This document shows, one piece after another, positions 36,545 through 50,002 of a DNA stretch of 64,000 nucleotides. Position 1 is the first letter of the stretch. Every line of letters begins with the position of its first letter. The stretch is from Fonticula alba ATCC 38817 (taxonomy: Eukaryota; Protista; Nucleariida), in the NCBI GenBank assembly GCA_000388065.2, contig KB932204.1; one strand, given 5' to 3'. Made by a program: the position numbers and the translations under genes. The notes under the pieces are model-generated. The model made no database searches. It saw nothing but the letters and a program-made list of their open reading frames with translations, and was not told the DNA's origin.

Positions 36545-37628
36545 ATGTCCGGACAGTCGAGCTACCGCTTCAAGCAGAACACCAGCATCCCGGCTGGCGC
36601 TGGTGCTAGCCCCCCGGCGGCCGGGGCCCCGCCGCGCATCCTGGTCATCGGTGCTGGCGTCATTGGTGTCACGACGGCCCTGGCCCTGCAGGCGCATCCG
36701 GCCCTGCAGCTGGGCGTTGTCCCGTCGGAGGCTAGCGCCCCGGGGAGCTCCCTGCCGGCGGTGGCCTTCCATCCGCGCCTCGCCGGGCCGGTGTCGCCTC
36801 AGCAGCCGGCGCCCCAGCGGTCGGTCTCCGCGCCGCATGTGGAGATCTGGGCCGCCGACTTCCCCCCTCACACCACCTCCAATGTGGCTGGTGCCTATTG
36901 GTTCCCCTTTAACATCCACCCGGCTCACCGTGTCGAGCACTGGGCCGAGCGCACCAAGCAGGAAATGGAGCGTTGGGTGGCGACTCTCGGGTCGGAGACC
37001 ATCGGCGTCCGGCCGAGCGTCATGGCGCATGTCGAGCCTCATGGGCAGGTGTCGCTGGCCGCGCACAAGTCCGCCGCCGATGAGCGCCCGGATGTGCAGA
37101 TCCCGGCCGGCCATGACATGGTTGATGGGGGTAAGACCCTGCTCATCGATCCGGACATTTGTCTGGGGTATCTCTTCGCACGCTTCCTCGAGCAGGGTGG
37201 CGTGACGAAGCGGAAGTTCGTACGTGGCCATCACCAATGCGATGTGCATGAGCGCGCACCTGCCATCTGCCTGCATATGGGCAATGCATGCTAACTTTTG
37301 CCCCGGCCATCGCGGATGCCTTTGCCGGCCGAATGGTCGGTCCGCTGGGTCCGGTCCATTTGCAGGTCAATGACCTGTCCGAGGCGCTGTGCCCTTCTCT
37401 CGGCTTTGATGCGGTTATCAACTGCACGGGCCTTGGCAGCCGCGAGCTGGTTGGCGATGCGCGCGTCTACCCGGCCCGTGGCCAGATCATTGTGGTCAAG
37501 GGTGTGCAGGCCTGTCCGGTACGTGTGGCCCATGTTTGTCACTGGCCCGCGCCCTTTGACCAGCCAGCCTACTTACACATACCTACACTCGCGTCGCGAA
37601 TGCTCCACTCAACCGACCTTGACGCGCG

Positions 37629-37670
<42 letters not shown>

Positions 37671-38355
37671 TACACGGGCGTGCGCGCGAAATGCAGACCG
37701 TCTATAGCGTCCGCACTGGGCCTCTATCTCTGGGCTACATCATTCCCCGCATGCATGATACCGTACTTGGTGCGTCTTCCACCATGGTGCCTTGGTGACA
37801 CACCTATATTCATGTGTGTGTGTGTGTGTGTCAGCTTGCCCTTTTGAGACTCGTGGCCACCTAACCAAACCATAACCTCCCCCTACAGGCGGCACCTATG
37901 AGGAGCATGATGAGTGCATGCGCGTCCGCAGCGAGACCACCGACGCCATCCTTGCCCGCACGCGCGGGCTTTCCTGCGGCCGGCTTACAGCCGAGGGTAG
38001 CAAGAAGGTGGAAATCCTGCGCGAGCGTGTTGGGCTGCGGCCCTGTCGCGATGAGGTCCGCCTTGAGCCGGAGTGGTTCCAGCTGGACCTATCTACCGGC
38101 AAGGTGTTCACCCATGGGACGGCTGCCAGCGGGGCCACCCCGGACTCGGCGCGTTACGCCAGCCGCCAGCCGAATCCCGGCCACGGGGTCCCTTCGCAAC
38201 AGGTCTCGCGCTTGGTGGTTCACAACTACGGCCATGGTGGTGGCGGTTGGACTGTGGCCATCGGCTGTGCCGAAGAGGCTGCCCACCATGCGGTGGTCCA
38301 GCTCGCTCAATATCGTGACGCACTGGCCGCGGTGTCGGCGCGGGCGCACCTGTGA
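36545..38355 (+). CDS. DAO: D-amino-acid oxidase (FAD), peroxisomal; exons 36545-37219, 37366-37518, 37697-37769, 37889-38355
   Basis: [66 protein letters not shown]; C-terminal AHL fits the PTS1 consensus. Confidence 0.95.
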
Positions 38356-38918
38356 AACACTGCCCACAGTGTGGGGTCGAGATGCGACAGGCACACAGGA
38401 CTGTTGCCTCCTCCCTCCTGCCCTTCTCGGACCCCTGTCGGAGTGAGTAATGTGCTTGTGAAAATACACCTGCCCCAAGAAATCCCCAGGCGTGAAAAAC
38501 CTATCCCGGGGGGCGAGGGGCTGAAAGATGAGCAGTGGGGGAGAGGAAGATGTTGTATTGGGGNNNNNNNNNNNNNNNNNNNNNNNNNNNNNNNNNNNNN
38601 NNNNNNNNNNNNNNNNNNNNNNNNNNNNNNNNNNNNNNNNNNNNNNNNNNNNNNNNNNNNNNNNNNNNNNNNNNNNNNNNNNNNNNNNNGAGAGACATGT
38701 GCCAGCCTCAGGGGCTGGGGCGGCGCACGTTTCATACATGTGTGTACGCCCCGCGATATATACTCAAGGACAGGGGATAAGGGGGATAGGGGGGGGGGGG
38801 GAGGGGAGGGGGGCGCACGGAGGGACTCGCCTTTTCTCGCCCAAACAGCAGGGGCATGGACGAGCAGGGCAGCCGAATGGCAATGGGAAGCCCCCGATTC
38901 CGTGTCTGCCCCCTTCGA

Positions 38919-41375
38919 TCAAGCCATGTCGTTCTCCTCCAGGATGCGGACGATCTTCATGTCCTCGGTCTCTCGAGGCTCCAGGCGAAGACTTTTCTCG
39001 TAGAGATCTTCGGAGTTGGAGCCGGCCGCTTCCAGGCGCCGCTCCAGGAATTGCTGCACCTCGGCATAGGGATCGATGTCGTAACCCTTGCTCTGGTAGC
39101 GCTGGAGCTCGCGAATGAGGGTGGCCGTGCGATTGCGCTTGTCGAAGTTGATCAACCGGTCGGGACCCTCGCGCAGGAAGTCCGCGTTGCCCTCCTCGTT
39201 GAAGGTCAAATCGGTGAGATACACCCCGAGGAAGGGAACACACGGCAGGGGGGTCTGCTGCAGGCGCTCGCGGTAGTTCCGGAAGTTGCTGTTGTAATTC
39301 ATCAGCTGGCGCATTTGGTTGTACCGCTCGGTCACCTTGCTGGGGAGGGACTTCCAGGTGCGCTCCAGCCGGTGGATGGGCACACTGACCAGGGCAGCGA
39401 GGATGGCTTACAAGGTGACTGGAGTTGCAGGCGCTCGCGGTACGATCTGAAGTTGCTGTTGTAATTCATCAGCTGGCGCATTTGGTTGTACCGCTCGGTC
39501 ACCTTGCTGGGGAGGGACTTCCAGGTGCGCTCCAGCCGGTGGATGGGCACACTGACCAGGGCAGCGAGGATGGCCATCAGGGAGTTGAAGTTGCTCAGCA
39601 TCAGGCAGCACTCGGCCGTCTTGATGAAGGACTTCAGGCACTCGGTGCGCAGGCGAAGATCCTTCTCGGCCAGGAGAGTGCACACCACCCACGTGGTGAT
39701 GCGATTGGTTTGGGCAATCATGGCCCGAATGTTCGGGGCCTTGTGCGACCCATCGCGCACATCAGATCGGAAGAGCACACGCCGTCTTGATGAAGGACTT
39801 CAGGCACTCGGTGCGCAGGCGAAGATCCTTCTCGGCCAGGAGAGTGCACACCACCCACGTGGTGATGCGATTGGTTTGGGCAATCATGGCCCGAATGTTC
39901 GGGGCCTTGTGCGACCCATCGCGCACATCGCTGGACCAGTTCTTGTTCAAAAACTCGAAGGGGTTGATGCGGGTGAAGAGGATCGACTCGAGCAGAGTCA
40001 GCTGGTTGGCAATGTCCTGCGGGTCCAGGTCCACGATGTCCCGACGCCGGGAGATGCGCCAGGAATTGAAGAACGAGGTCTGCCGCGATTGGGGAGATCC
40101 CGCATCATTGGATGATCCGCCGATGCCGGAGGAAGACCCAATGATCGGCCGATTGCCGGAAGAAGAGGAGGAGGACGACGACGAGAGAGCGGTGATGAGG
40201 GTGGCCGAGGCACCGCCACTGGGGCCGGCAACCGGGGCAGAGGTGGATGATGCTGTGACGGCGGCCACCGCAGCCGCAGCCGGGCGCTGGTCCCCGGTCT
40301 GTGACTTTCGCTGGACAAGGCGGCCGAGCTGCTGGCGGACAATGTGCGAGCCATGCTGCGGATCATCCACAAAGGCCTCCAACACGGCCATCATAGCCGG
40401 ACTGAAATCATCGTAATACGTGTCAAGCCAGGACTTGATGACATTGACGGCGCTGTCGATGGGAGAGCGGACGGTTAGGAACAAGTCGATAGGCAACGAG
40501 CGAGCAAGGGAGGGGGGGGAGGGAGGGGGAACAGGGGGAATGGGCGAGGAAAAAAAAGACCGAAAGAAGAGGAGACATAGCCAAAGGGAAGAAGAGCAAG
40601 AAAAAGGACAAGCAACAGGCAGCGTGAGATGGCGCACCGCAGTCGGATGGGTGTCTGCTTGCGGCTGACAAAGAGGGCGCTCTCCTCGGGGGTCAACTGT
40701 GGGGGGATGGAAATCTTATACCGCTCAATCAGCAAATCCAGGAGATCGGTGGCCGACATGAATGTGCGGTAAGTCAGCAGGAAGGACTGAACCATGTCGG
40801 TGTCCGGGGCGTCGTGCAGGGTCATGCGAATGATGAGAGCCTCGCGGGTGCCACCGCGCACACGGCCCTCGGCATTGAGAACCAGGTCGGCCGGATCGTA
40901 ATCCGGGCCGAGGAACCAGTTGGCTGGCGGGTCGCCGGAGTCGGTGGTGGAAGCTCCATCGCCCGAAGGGAACTGGGAGTGGGCAGGGAGAGTCCCACCA
41001 TCCGACGACGCCGACGAGCAGGCCGGGCACACAGGACAGGCAGTTGGCGATGTGGCCGAGGAGGAGGACACGCTGCTGCCGGAGAGGGCCGCCACGTCGG
41101 GGTTGATTGTCGGCCCATCGTCGTCCCCACGGAATAGGCTGTGGAAGCGCCGGCGGCTGGAGCCCCCGCGCCGGGTGCTGCTGGACCGCGACAGCCCACT
41201 GGCACCGGCCAGAACCCCGAAGTCATGTGGTGCCGGCGACCCGGCCAACGCCGAGGGGGCAATCCCCCCATCGCCGGAGGTAGCCGGCGGCGGGGGGGAG
41301 GGAGACCCGGACGAGGTGGTCGAGGAAGAGTGCGACGGCGGGTCCGAGGGACAGCGGCTGTGTAGCTGCGACGGC

Positions 41376-41420
<45 letters not shown>

Positions 41421-44400
41421 GATGGATTGTGCGGACACAGGGGATGATGCTGCGGGGGGGAGGCCCCGGCTGTGGGGGACATGACGCCGGTGCCCCCGCC
41501 GAGCGAGTCCCCCAAGTCGCCGGTGTCACCGGTGTCGCCGATCGAGGAAGTCAAGCTGGCCGTGGAGGTGGCGTCATCGGCACTGGCAGTCGACAGGGAG
41601 GAAAACCCGGAAGACCCGAGAGACCCGGCACTGGTGCCGAGTTCCAGAACCCCCGGCAGGGAATGCGTGGACCCGCTGAAAACCCCGTGGGTCAGCACCC
41701 CAGTCGAGTGGGCAGTGGCCAGCGGCGATCCCATGGACCCGGGGGACCCGGTGGAGCCGCTGCTTGTGAGCGTTGTCAGGAGGGGGCCGCCGGTGCCATT
41801 GCGGCCACGAGCCACCGAGCTGAAGCGTGCTGACTGGCCCGGAGGACCAGCAATTGACAGGGCCCGGTCCTTGAAGAGCGAAGAGGGCAGGTGGAGCGAT
41901 GAGTCGGCGCGCGTGACATCCGGATCCGACAGCGAGGGCGGGAGGGCCAAGCCGGAGGTGGCACCTCGATGGTGCTCATACAGCTGCCGAAGGCTGACAA
42001 GCTGGCGCTTTCGGGATTTCGGGTCGTCCCCGGCAAACACCAGCGATCCGACCAGCAGCCAGCTGGAGAAGTTGCTCTCGGTCGGCGGGTTGGTATCCTG
42101 GGCGCGGAGTTGCACCACGTAAATCATTTCCTGCAGGCGATCAGTTTCGAAGCGGTGCACACAGGCCTTGGTAATGGACAGCAGAGACTGCAGAGTGCGA
42201 ATGGTGCGATTCATGCAGGAGGAGAACTGCGGGAGGGGGAGACAGGGAGACAGGGGAAGGGGGGGGGGGGGGCATAGGTGAAGGGGCTGAGCGTCAGTAT
42301 GTGTGCAGCACTGGCGACAGGCTGACAGTGGGGATGAGAGAAGGGGAGAGAGAGAAAAAGAGAGAGCGGAAGGGGGCGGACGAAGAAGGCATGTTCGGAT
42401 GAACGTGGGGATGCATGTGTGTGTGTGTGTCTGACACTGGCCACCCGGCCAGCCGGCTGGTGGTCGGCCCGTACCTCAGAGAAGAGCTCGGCCGTGCGAA
42501 GGAGAGCCGGGAAGTCGACAAGCGAATTGCGCAAGCTGTCACACTGCTCGCGGAGCTTGCTCAGAAGGGCAAAGGACTTGACATCCAGCAACTGCGGAGG
42601 GAGAGAGTCATGCAGACGCCCACTGAGCTCGAGCGACCGATTGAGAACCAGCTCAATGTCGGCCAGCAGCTGCAGGTCCACGGCAGAGAGAGGCGCATCG
42701 GCAGCCGAGTCGCCGGCCTCGGAGGACTCCAGTCGCCGGAGGAAGATCTCCTGGACCTGCGAGGCGAAGTCCATCAGGATGAAGAAGAGGTTGTCCAATT
42801 GCAAAATGGAAGACACGGCGGACGCCTCGATCCCCTGGCTCAAGACTGAGAGAGAATTGGAAGGAGGGAAGGAGGCCGGCGAACCGGGTGAAGCTGGCCC
42901 AGGGACCGGCCGGCCGAATTGCCTGGTCGGCGTGCCAAGCAGCCCACGCCCCATCTGATCGTATGACAGAGTCATGGGAAGAGTGGCCGCCCGGCGGAGG
43001 TCCCGGATGAGGGCCGTCTCGTCGGCCGACAAGATGACCTGCTGCGAGCCCGGGGCACCGGGGTTGGAGCTTGGACTGGGGCCGCTGGTTGGGGCGCAAT
43101 CCGCCAGGGGCAAGTCCACCATGGCACACAGGCGCACATACTGGCGAACTTGGCGCAAAGTGGCGCAGAGGGCATGGAAGAGGGTGGTGTGCGAGTCCGG
43201 CGATGGCCAAACCCGACAGGTAAGGCGCGCCGCGAGGATCATCTGACACAGAAGCCCGCACAGTTGGCGATGGCTCTCCAGCAGGTCGGGAACAATTTCG
43301 AAGACCGGGGATTTGAGCGAATGTGTGTTGGAGGCTTCACATTGAAGAGGGTGAGTTTGGCAGAAGGGGAGAGGGAGGGAGGGGGGGGGAGGGGGGGGAA
43401 TGAAAAACACGCGAGATCAAGAGGGGGATTCTGGCCGCACCGAGGAAGAGCCCGCGCACGAGGTTGAAGATGAGCAGCACATGCTTCAGGAGGCGGATGC
43501 GGTCGGCCTGTCCAGGAGCCGAGGGGATCAAACAGCCAACTGCCGAGGTGAAAGCCGCCGAGATGTCTGACAGGAGCATGCCCCATGCGGAATCCGGGCT
43601 GACCACCAAGTGCAAGCCCCCCTCCTCGATGATGGAGGCCAGGCTGGGCGGGTCCTCGAAGGATGTCGGGGGGATGGGCTGTGCCCGGAGGAGTCGCAGC
43701 TGCCAGGCCGTGTCGTTGCTCAGCTCATGATAGTAATATACCCGGCCGGTGGGCAGGTCAATGGCCTGGCCAGTGGCAGCGTCCGGGGGAGATGACTCGA
43801 TGCCCTGAGGGGTGGTCGCCAGCTCGGCCGACAGGGCCGAGAAGGGCTGGCTTCCGGAAGCGCTGGCTGCGGCCGAGGATGAGTGCGACCGCTGGCGCCG
43901 GTGTCCCGTGTCGGTGGTCCAATTCTGGGAGCCAGCCATGCCGGCCCCGGTGACACCAGGACGCACGGTGCCCGGGGCCGGCGGCGGCGGCGGGAGCGAC
44001 ACCGATGGGGTGGAATGTGCGCTGACCGGGGCCGACGCGGTGACAGCATCCGGCTTGGGCGGCGGCGGCGGCAAGTTGGAGAAGTTCGACAGGAAGAGCC
44101 CACGCGGCCCGGAGCCACCGGCCAGGAACCCCAGGCCAGTCGGGCTGCCAGGCTGTAGCCCCGGGCTGGTGGTCATCGGGACTGGGCTACTGCCGGCACT
44201 GTTGACGGCGCTGTGGCCAACACTGGCCGCCCCGGCGCCGGTGGCCGATGCACCCAGGGACGAGGGGATGCTCGGTGGCGACTGATAGTGTGAGAAGGCC
44301 GTGGGCATGATGCCAACGCGGCCTGGCCCGGCACAGTGCGACACGGCACGCGGACGCAAGCCGGCTGCCGGAGCAGCACCGATGCTCAGACCCGCCGCCA

Positions 44401-46096
44401 CACCGCCAGACTGGTCGGCCGCGCCGTCAGGAGCCCGACCCACAATGGTGCTGTCGCTGCCCCGGCGGGCCCCCTCGTCACGGAAGGCCGACACGGGGCC
44501 CGGTCCAACGGGAGGGGTTGGACCGGCCAGAGGCGACCCCGAGGAGGTGGAAGTGACCGAGCCGGACCGGCCCCCCTCATAGGGGTTTGGCGAGGAGGAA
44601 GGCGGCGAGAGGAGCCCAGCCGCCAGGGCGGGCGCCAGCCCGGAGACCGGCGACTCGGAAGAAGAAAGGGCAACCGCGCCATTGGCGGTGGCGGTGGCGG
44701 TGGCGGTGGCGGTGGCGGTGGCGGTGGGAGCTGGCGTGAAGAAGGGAGAGATGGCGTGGCCGGGTGGAGCAACAGCCGAGGTGCCTGGGGGCTCGGTCGA
44801 GGTGGCCTGTGCAGCGGTGGAAGCGCCGGCCGGAGTGACAGCCACCGTGGTTGGGGGAGTCGACGACTCGACCGGGGACACCGGAGTGTCGAGCTTCTCC
44901 GGGGCCGGCTCGTCGGAGATGACGCGGATGAAGTTCGAAGGAAACCACCCCTTGAGGATGGCAATATCAGCCGGGGCCGGAGCCGGGGCCGTGTGCGAGG
45001 CCCCGAGTGGCACACCCTCCCACCAGCCGGAGGAGGCCTTTCGTAGGACAAGGTAGAACTCCCCCCGGATGAGATCCAGGCCGCGGGTTTGAGGGGTCGC
45101 CGAGGAGGCCCGACGCTTCACCGGGTCCATGCTGCTGCCGGCGTAGTCGTACAGGGCCTGAACAACCAATCGGCCCTGGAGAACCTCGGCCGAGGTCTTT
45201 TTCTTGCGCGGCTCGCCGGGATGATCGCCAGTGGTCGGATTGGCGGGAGAGGCGTCGGACGAGGTGGAAGTGGCCGGTCGAGTGGGGCCGGTGACCTCCG
45301 AAGGGGCGGGGACACTTGCCTCGGCGGGGGTGGATGTGCCCAAGGTGGCAGGGGGGGCCTCCGAGGCGGCCACCACCGGATCGGTGCTGGTCGGAGCACC
45401 TGAGGCCGTAGACGCGATGGAATCGAAGGATTCGATGGACTCAGCCGACAGGAGTTCCGCGAGAACATCATCCAGGCTGCGAGAGGCAGCAACCGAGGGC
45501 GTCGGCTTCGGGGAGGGGGGCTCAGGGGCGGCAGAGTCGCCGAACACAGGATCCGAGGGGCTGAATTCGATGTCCGACATCGAGCCGAAATCCATGGCAG
45601 AAGCCGTGGTGATGGAGGGAGCGGAGGTGGCGGCCGAGCCGAACAGGGAAGTGGCCGGCGAGGAGTTGCCGGATTGGCTGCCGGAGATCAGCCCATCGAC
45701 CAGCATGGCCGCGAACTGGGGGTCCACCGGGGGAATGGGGTCCGGCCCGGTGCCGACGCCATATGAGGCCAGGAGCTCGTCGATGTCAATCTCGGCCACC
45801 GAAGGGGAGCATGGTGAGAGGGTGGCAACATAGGGCGTCGACACGGGAGCCAGAATGGGCACCGGGGCCGGGGCCGGGGCCGGGGCCGGGGCCGGAGCCA
45901 CCGCGGGAAGGGCGGCTGTGGCGACGGCAGGCGGCTCGGGCTCGGGCTTGGGCTCGGATTCGGTCGGAAGGTCCAGGGAGCTGAGCGTGGCAAAGGCGGC
46001 GCTGACCATCAAGAGGGACTCATCAAACTCGCTGAGGTTGAAGTCCTCACCCGCGGCAGCTGGCGCCGATGAGGCCAGACCATTGGGCTTGGCCAT
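38919..46096 (-). CDS. Cdc25/Ste6-like Ras GEF (SH3 - degenerate WW - REM - CDC25); start may lie further upstream across the gap at 46212-46339
   Basis: SH3 ALYDY..GWWEG..GWFPSNFI; REM VRGGTREALI..SFLLTYRTFMSATDLLDLLIERY; CDC25 IANQLTLLE..NFNSLMAILAAL..CVPFLGVYLTDLTFNEEGN..LINFDK..SLRLEPRE. Confidence 0.95.
39409..39426 (+). other. TruSeq index-primer sequence (TACAAG + GTGACTGGAGTT)
   Basis: GTGACTGGAGTT is the index-primer constant region; TACAAG is the reverse complement of TruSeq index 12 (CTTGTA). Confidence 0.85.
39764..39781 (+). other. Illumina TruSeq adapter sequence
   Basis: AGATCGGAAGAGCACACG. Confidence 0.97.
45864..45893 (+). repeat. (GGGGCC)5 encoding a Pro-Ala run in the RasGEF
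   Basis: Directly visible; translates on the minus strand as APAPAPAPAP. Confidence 0.85.
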
Positions 46097-49000
46097 GGTG
46101 CTGTCAGCGGCGATTGAGGCCGGGTGCCCGGAGAGAGACGGGGCGGCGGGGGCAACGGCGGCGGCCGACTCGGCAGAAGAATCGGCACATGAAGGGCTGC
46201 CGAACGTGGAGNNNNNNNNNNNNNNNNNNNNNNNNNNNNNNNNNNNNNNNNNNNNNNNNNNNNNNNNNNNNNNNNNNNNNNNNNNNNNNNNNNNNNNNNN
46301 NNNNNNNNNNNNNNNNNNNNNNNNNNNNNNNNNNNNNNNGGGGGGGGGGGGACCAGAGGGCAACGCACCTACTTGGGAGTCGGCCTCACAGGAGAAGCAA
46401 GTAGGAGGTGGAGGGCGGAGCGGGGATGCGCGCTCGGCCAGCACCGGGACCCTTGGGGGCTTTCTCTCGCGTGAGAGGGGATGCTTGGGCGGGAAAAAGG
46501 GGCAAGGAAAGGAGAGGAGAGGAGAGAGGGGGGGGAGTGGAACAAAGGGAGGGGTGGACAGCACACGGAGAGCAAGAGACGTCCAGACCGTGCGTCAGGA
46601 GGGAGAAGACGACCCCAGCGCGCGACGCCCGGAACGGGGAGATCGAACGCCCGGGGAAGGGGAGGGGGAGGAGAGAGGAGGGAAAGAAGAGGAGGCAGGA
46701 AAAATGGGGGGGCGCGCAGTACACAGTGCCACTGTGAGTGAGGCGGTATCGGGGGGGGGGGGGGAAGGGGGAGGGCAAAAAGAGAGAGGAGGAGGGGAGG
46801 GGGAGAGGAAGGGGGGAGGAGGGAGAGAGGGAAAGAGAGAAGAGGAGGAAAAAAGAGGAAGAAGAAGAAGAAAGAGAAGAGAAAAAGAGAAAAAAGACGA
46901 AGAAAAGAGATGAAGAAACAAGGGTATAAATGGGGGGGGGGGGAACGGAGAAAAGGCCCAGAGGAGAGAAAGGGGAGGGTGCAGCAGCCGGACATCCCCG
47001 AATCAGCACCACCCCCCGGCAAAAGGCGCTCTGGTTGCGGGGGCAGGGGGGGGGGGGGGGGAGCGGCTGCGACAGCATGTGCCAGGGACCCTTGGACTAA
47101 TCAAGCACGGAAGATAGGGAATAGAGGAAGAAAAAAAACAAGGGACAAAGGAAACAATAAAAAAAGAAAAAAGAGAGAAAGAGAGAAAAAAATAGAGAAA
47201 CAGCTAAAACAGGAACAAGAGAAAGAGTAACTCAACAGGACCTGCGGATTGGGTGCACCCATCTCGGCTGCCTACCCGGCGCCAAGCGCTCTGCCGACGC
47301 ATGTTTAGGTGGGAGGCCGGTCGGACCGGCACCGAGACGCTCATCCCTGGCCACCTGCTCACACACACACACACACACACACACACGCATGGGCCTCTTA
47401 CACACAGGCCCAAGTGGGCAGACATGCGCACGGACAGGCGGCCTGAGCATGCGGGGAGACCGGCGCCGGCGGATGCCCGAGTGGGGCCGGGCACGCGAAG
47501 AAACCCTCCTGCGGTGTCTCGCCATTCAGCCTGGGAGTCGGAGGGGGGCCGCTGGCATGTGCGCTGCCGTGGGGCGGCGAGCACGCGGAGAAGCACCGCG
47601 AGCAACCCTCACACACATGTTCCCGGCGTCCTCGCGCGGGGAGGGGGGGGGGGGGCGGGGGGGCGGTGGACCCCGCATTTTTCGACACCAGGACGGCACG
47701 GAATACTGCGTGAGGAGGGACCTCCGCGAAAGACCGCGGGGGGGGAGGCGGGGGGGCGGGGAGCGCGGAGGGAGACGGGGCCCGGGGGCGGCACTGGCTG
47801 CCTGGCTGCCTGGCTGCTTGGCTGATCACATCCTCCCATGAGCATGTAACCCCTTCCTTCCCCGCGCCTCCGCGGCGCCGGGGCGTCGGCCGACGCCAGC
47901 ATGTTTGGACACTCGCAAGGGGCCCCCTGAGTCCAATAAGCCAGCCGGCGGGTGCGGGTGGGGCCAGGCACCGGAGGGTGGGCCAACAGCAGGTAGAGAC
48001 GCATGCCTTCCCCAGGACCGGGCGCGCATACAATCCCCCTGCCCTGCCCTGCCCCCCGTCCCCCCCCCNNNNNNNNNNNNNNNNNNNNNNNNNNNNNNNN
48101 NNNNNNNNNNNNNNNNNNNNNNNNNNNNNNNNNNNNNNNNNNNNNNNNNNNNNNNNNNNNNNNNNNNNNNNNNNNNNNNNNNNNNNNNNNNNNNNNNNNN
48201 NNNNNNNNNNNNNNNNNNNNNNNNNNNNNNNNNNNNNNNNNNNNNNNGCACAACGCCCCAGACACAGACACCCCTCGGTGGCCGGGGCCCCGGGAGGGGG
48301 GGGGGGGAAAGCGGGGCGCGGTAGGATCCGATCACTTCGCCCCTCGGCTCCCCCCGGCCCGAGCCGCGTCCCCTTGGCCTGCCGCTCCAGGGGGCATGGC
48401 GGGTGGGGCTAAAGTAGGTGGGTACACGCCTGAGCTCCAGCCGCCAAGCAACAGCTCCCGGCTGGATGAGGGTCTCTCTCCGTCCCGCCCCCCTCCCCCC
48501 TCCCCCCCCCCCCTGGAGCGACGCTTTGTGGTGGTGAAAAAGGCCAAAGGCCACGAAGACCAGGCACAGTCGGCTTTGGAATATTCCCTTCTCCCGCGCG
48601 CCGGTGGCGCCCGGCCACATCAGGCGACCGGCAGCAGCAGGGGGTAGGCCTGTGTGCCGCCCGGTGCCGCCAATTCGCTCATCGAGAAACGCAGGAGCCC
48701 CGGCCAGACGAGGCCGCTCTCCTCACCCGGGCCCTGAAATCACATCCCAGGCACCGCAGCCCATACCTAACCGGGCTCCCTCACGAGGAGTGCGTGAGTG
48801 AGAGGGCGACCGAGACGGAGACCGAGACGGAGAAGGATCCCCCCGCCCCCCGGGCAGATGGGGGAGAGCGAGGCAGGCTGCAGCCGCCCTCGACGATGGG
48901 CATCTGCCCCGGGTCCTGCGGCGGGGGGGAGGGGGTTGGAGTGGGTTGTGACCAGGGATTAACTCTGTCGGCTCCCAAGACCAGGGGGATGGAGGCCCTT

Positions 49001-49156
49001 CCATGAGCGGAGCTGGCGCGCGCACCTGCCGCGCCTCGGTGCACAAACGCGGTCATTGTCTCAAGGCGTGCCGCGGCGGTGGCTGCCTAGTCTCGGGGAC
49101 GGGCTGCTTCCCCGCGCGGTACCCCTCTCCCCCTCGCCCCGGCCTGCCACACCCGC

Positions 49157-49191
<35 letters not shown>

Positions 49192-50002
49192 GCAGCGGGG
49201 CCTGCGTGTGGCGCGGGCTGCGATGGGAGGTGATGATGAGCGTCGGGCTGGGGGGGATCCCGCCGAAGACAAGCCGGCGGGGAGCCGTTGCGCGAGACAC
49301 GAGGGGCGGCGTGCGGCATGGGCACACCATCCGGGGCCCAGCGGCCGGCCGGGGACAAGAACTCCCAATCGACTTGTGGCACCCCCAGAAGAGACACACC
49401 GGGGGGCCAGGCCGCCACCCATCCCCCTCGACCGCCCCGCGGGTGCAAGTCGGATATGCCGGTATGCGTCTGGGCCCATCAAATGGAGGAGCATAGCCTG
49501 ACACACACACACACACACACACAGATCGGAGCACCGCCCCCCGGGGGCCGCACACGCACACCCTTCCCCGGGGGAGGGCGAGGGGGCAAAGCAGGCCCCA
49601 GGCCGCGCCTTCCCCTCCTGAACACGGTGCATCCCACCGCGGAGCACGCTCGGGCGCTTGATTGCCGTACATTCCTGGCCTCTCTCTCCTGGCCGCGGTC
49701 GAGGGCACGGCGGGGACTCCCTGGCGCGCGTGGGCGTCCGCCTTTGGTCGCCGGCCCGACACCCCCCCCTGGCAATCGACACATGAAGCCCGCGCCTCGG
49801 CATTCGGCACCATCCCGCCCGGGGAGACCTTGCCTGGGTGTCCCTCCGAGTGCTTCCCCACTCTCGACACCCCAAGCCGAGGGGCATCGGGCCCCGACGG
49901 CAAGGGCCGTGAACAGAGGGGCCAGGGGCCCGGGAGACCCCATAATCCCTCGGGCCGGCCGGGCAAACGTGTGGCCTCCGGGTGTGTGGCCCCCCCCCCC
50001 CC

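Larger units (their letters stand above)
39259..39929. repeat. Two 149-bp direct duplications (39259-39407/39426-39574; 39615-39763/39781-39929), each split by adapter sequence; artefacts breaking the CDC25 domain
   Basis: The duplicated blocks are visible in the DNA and as repeated peptides in the ORF track. Confidence 0.93.

Noticed and set aside
45864-45893. C9orf72-like GGGGCC repeat
   Set aside because: Only five units, simply encoding a Pro-Ala linker.
12792-46096. Signalling cluster (PLC, 7TM-RGS, RasGEF) as a co-regulated pathway locus
   Set aside because: The genes are interleaved with unrelated ones on mixed strands, and such families are numerous in protist genomes; chance is sufficient.
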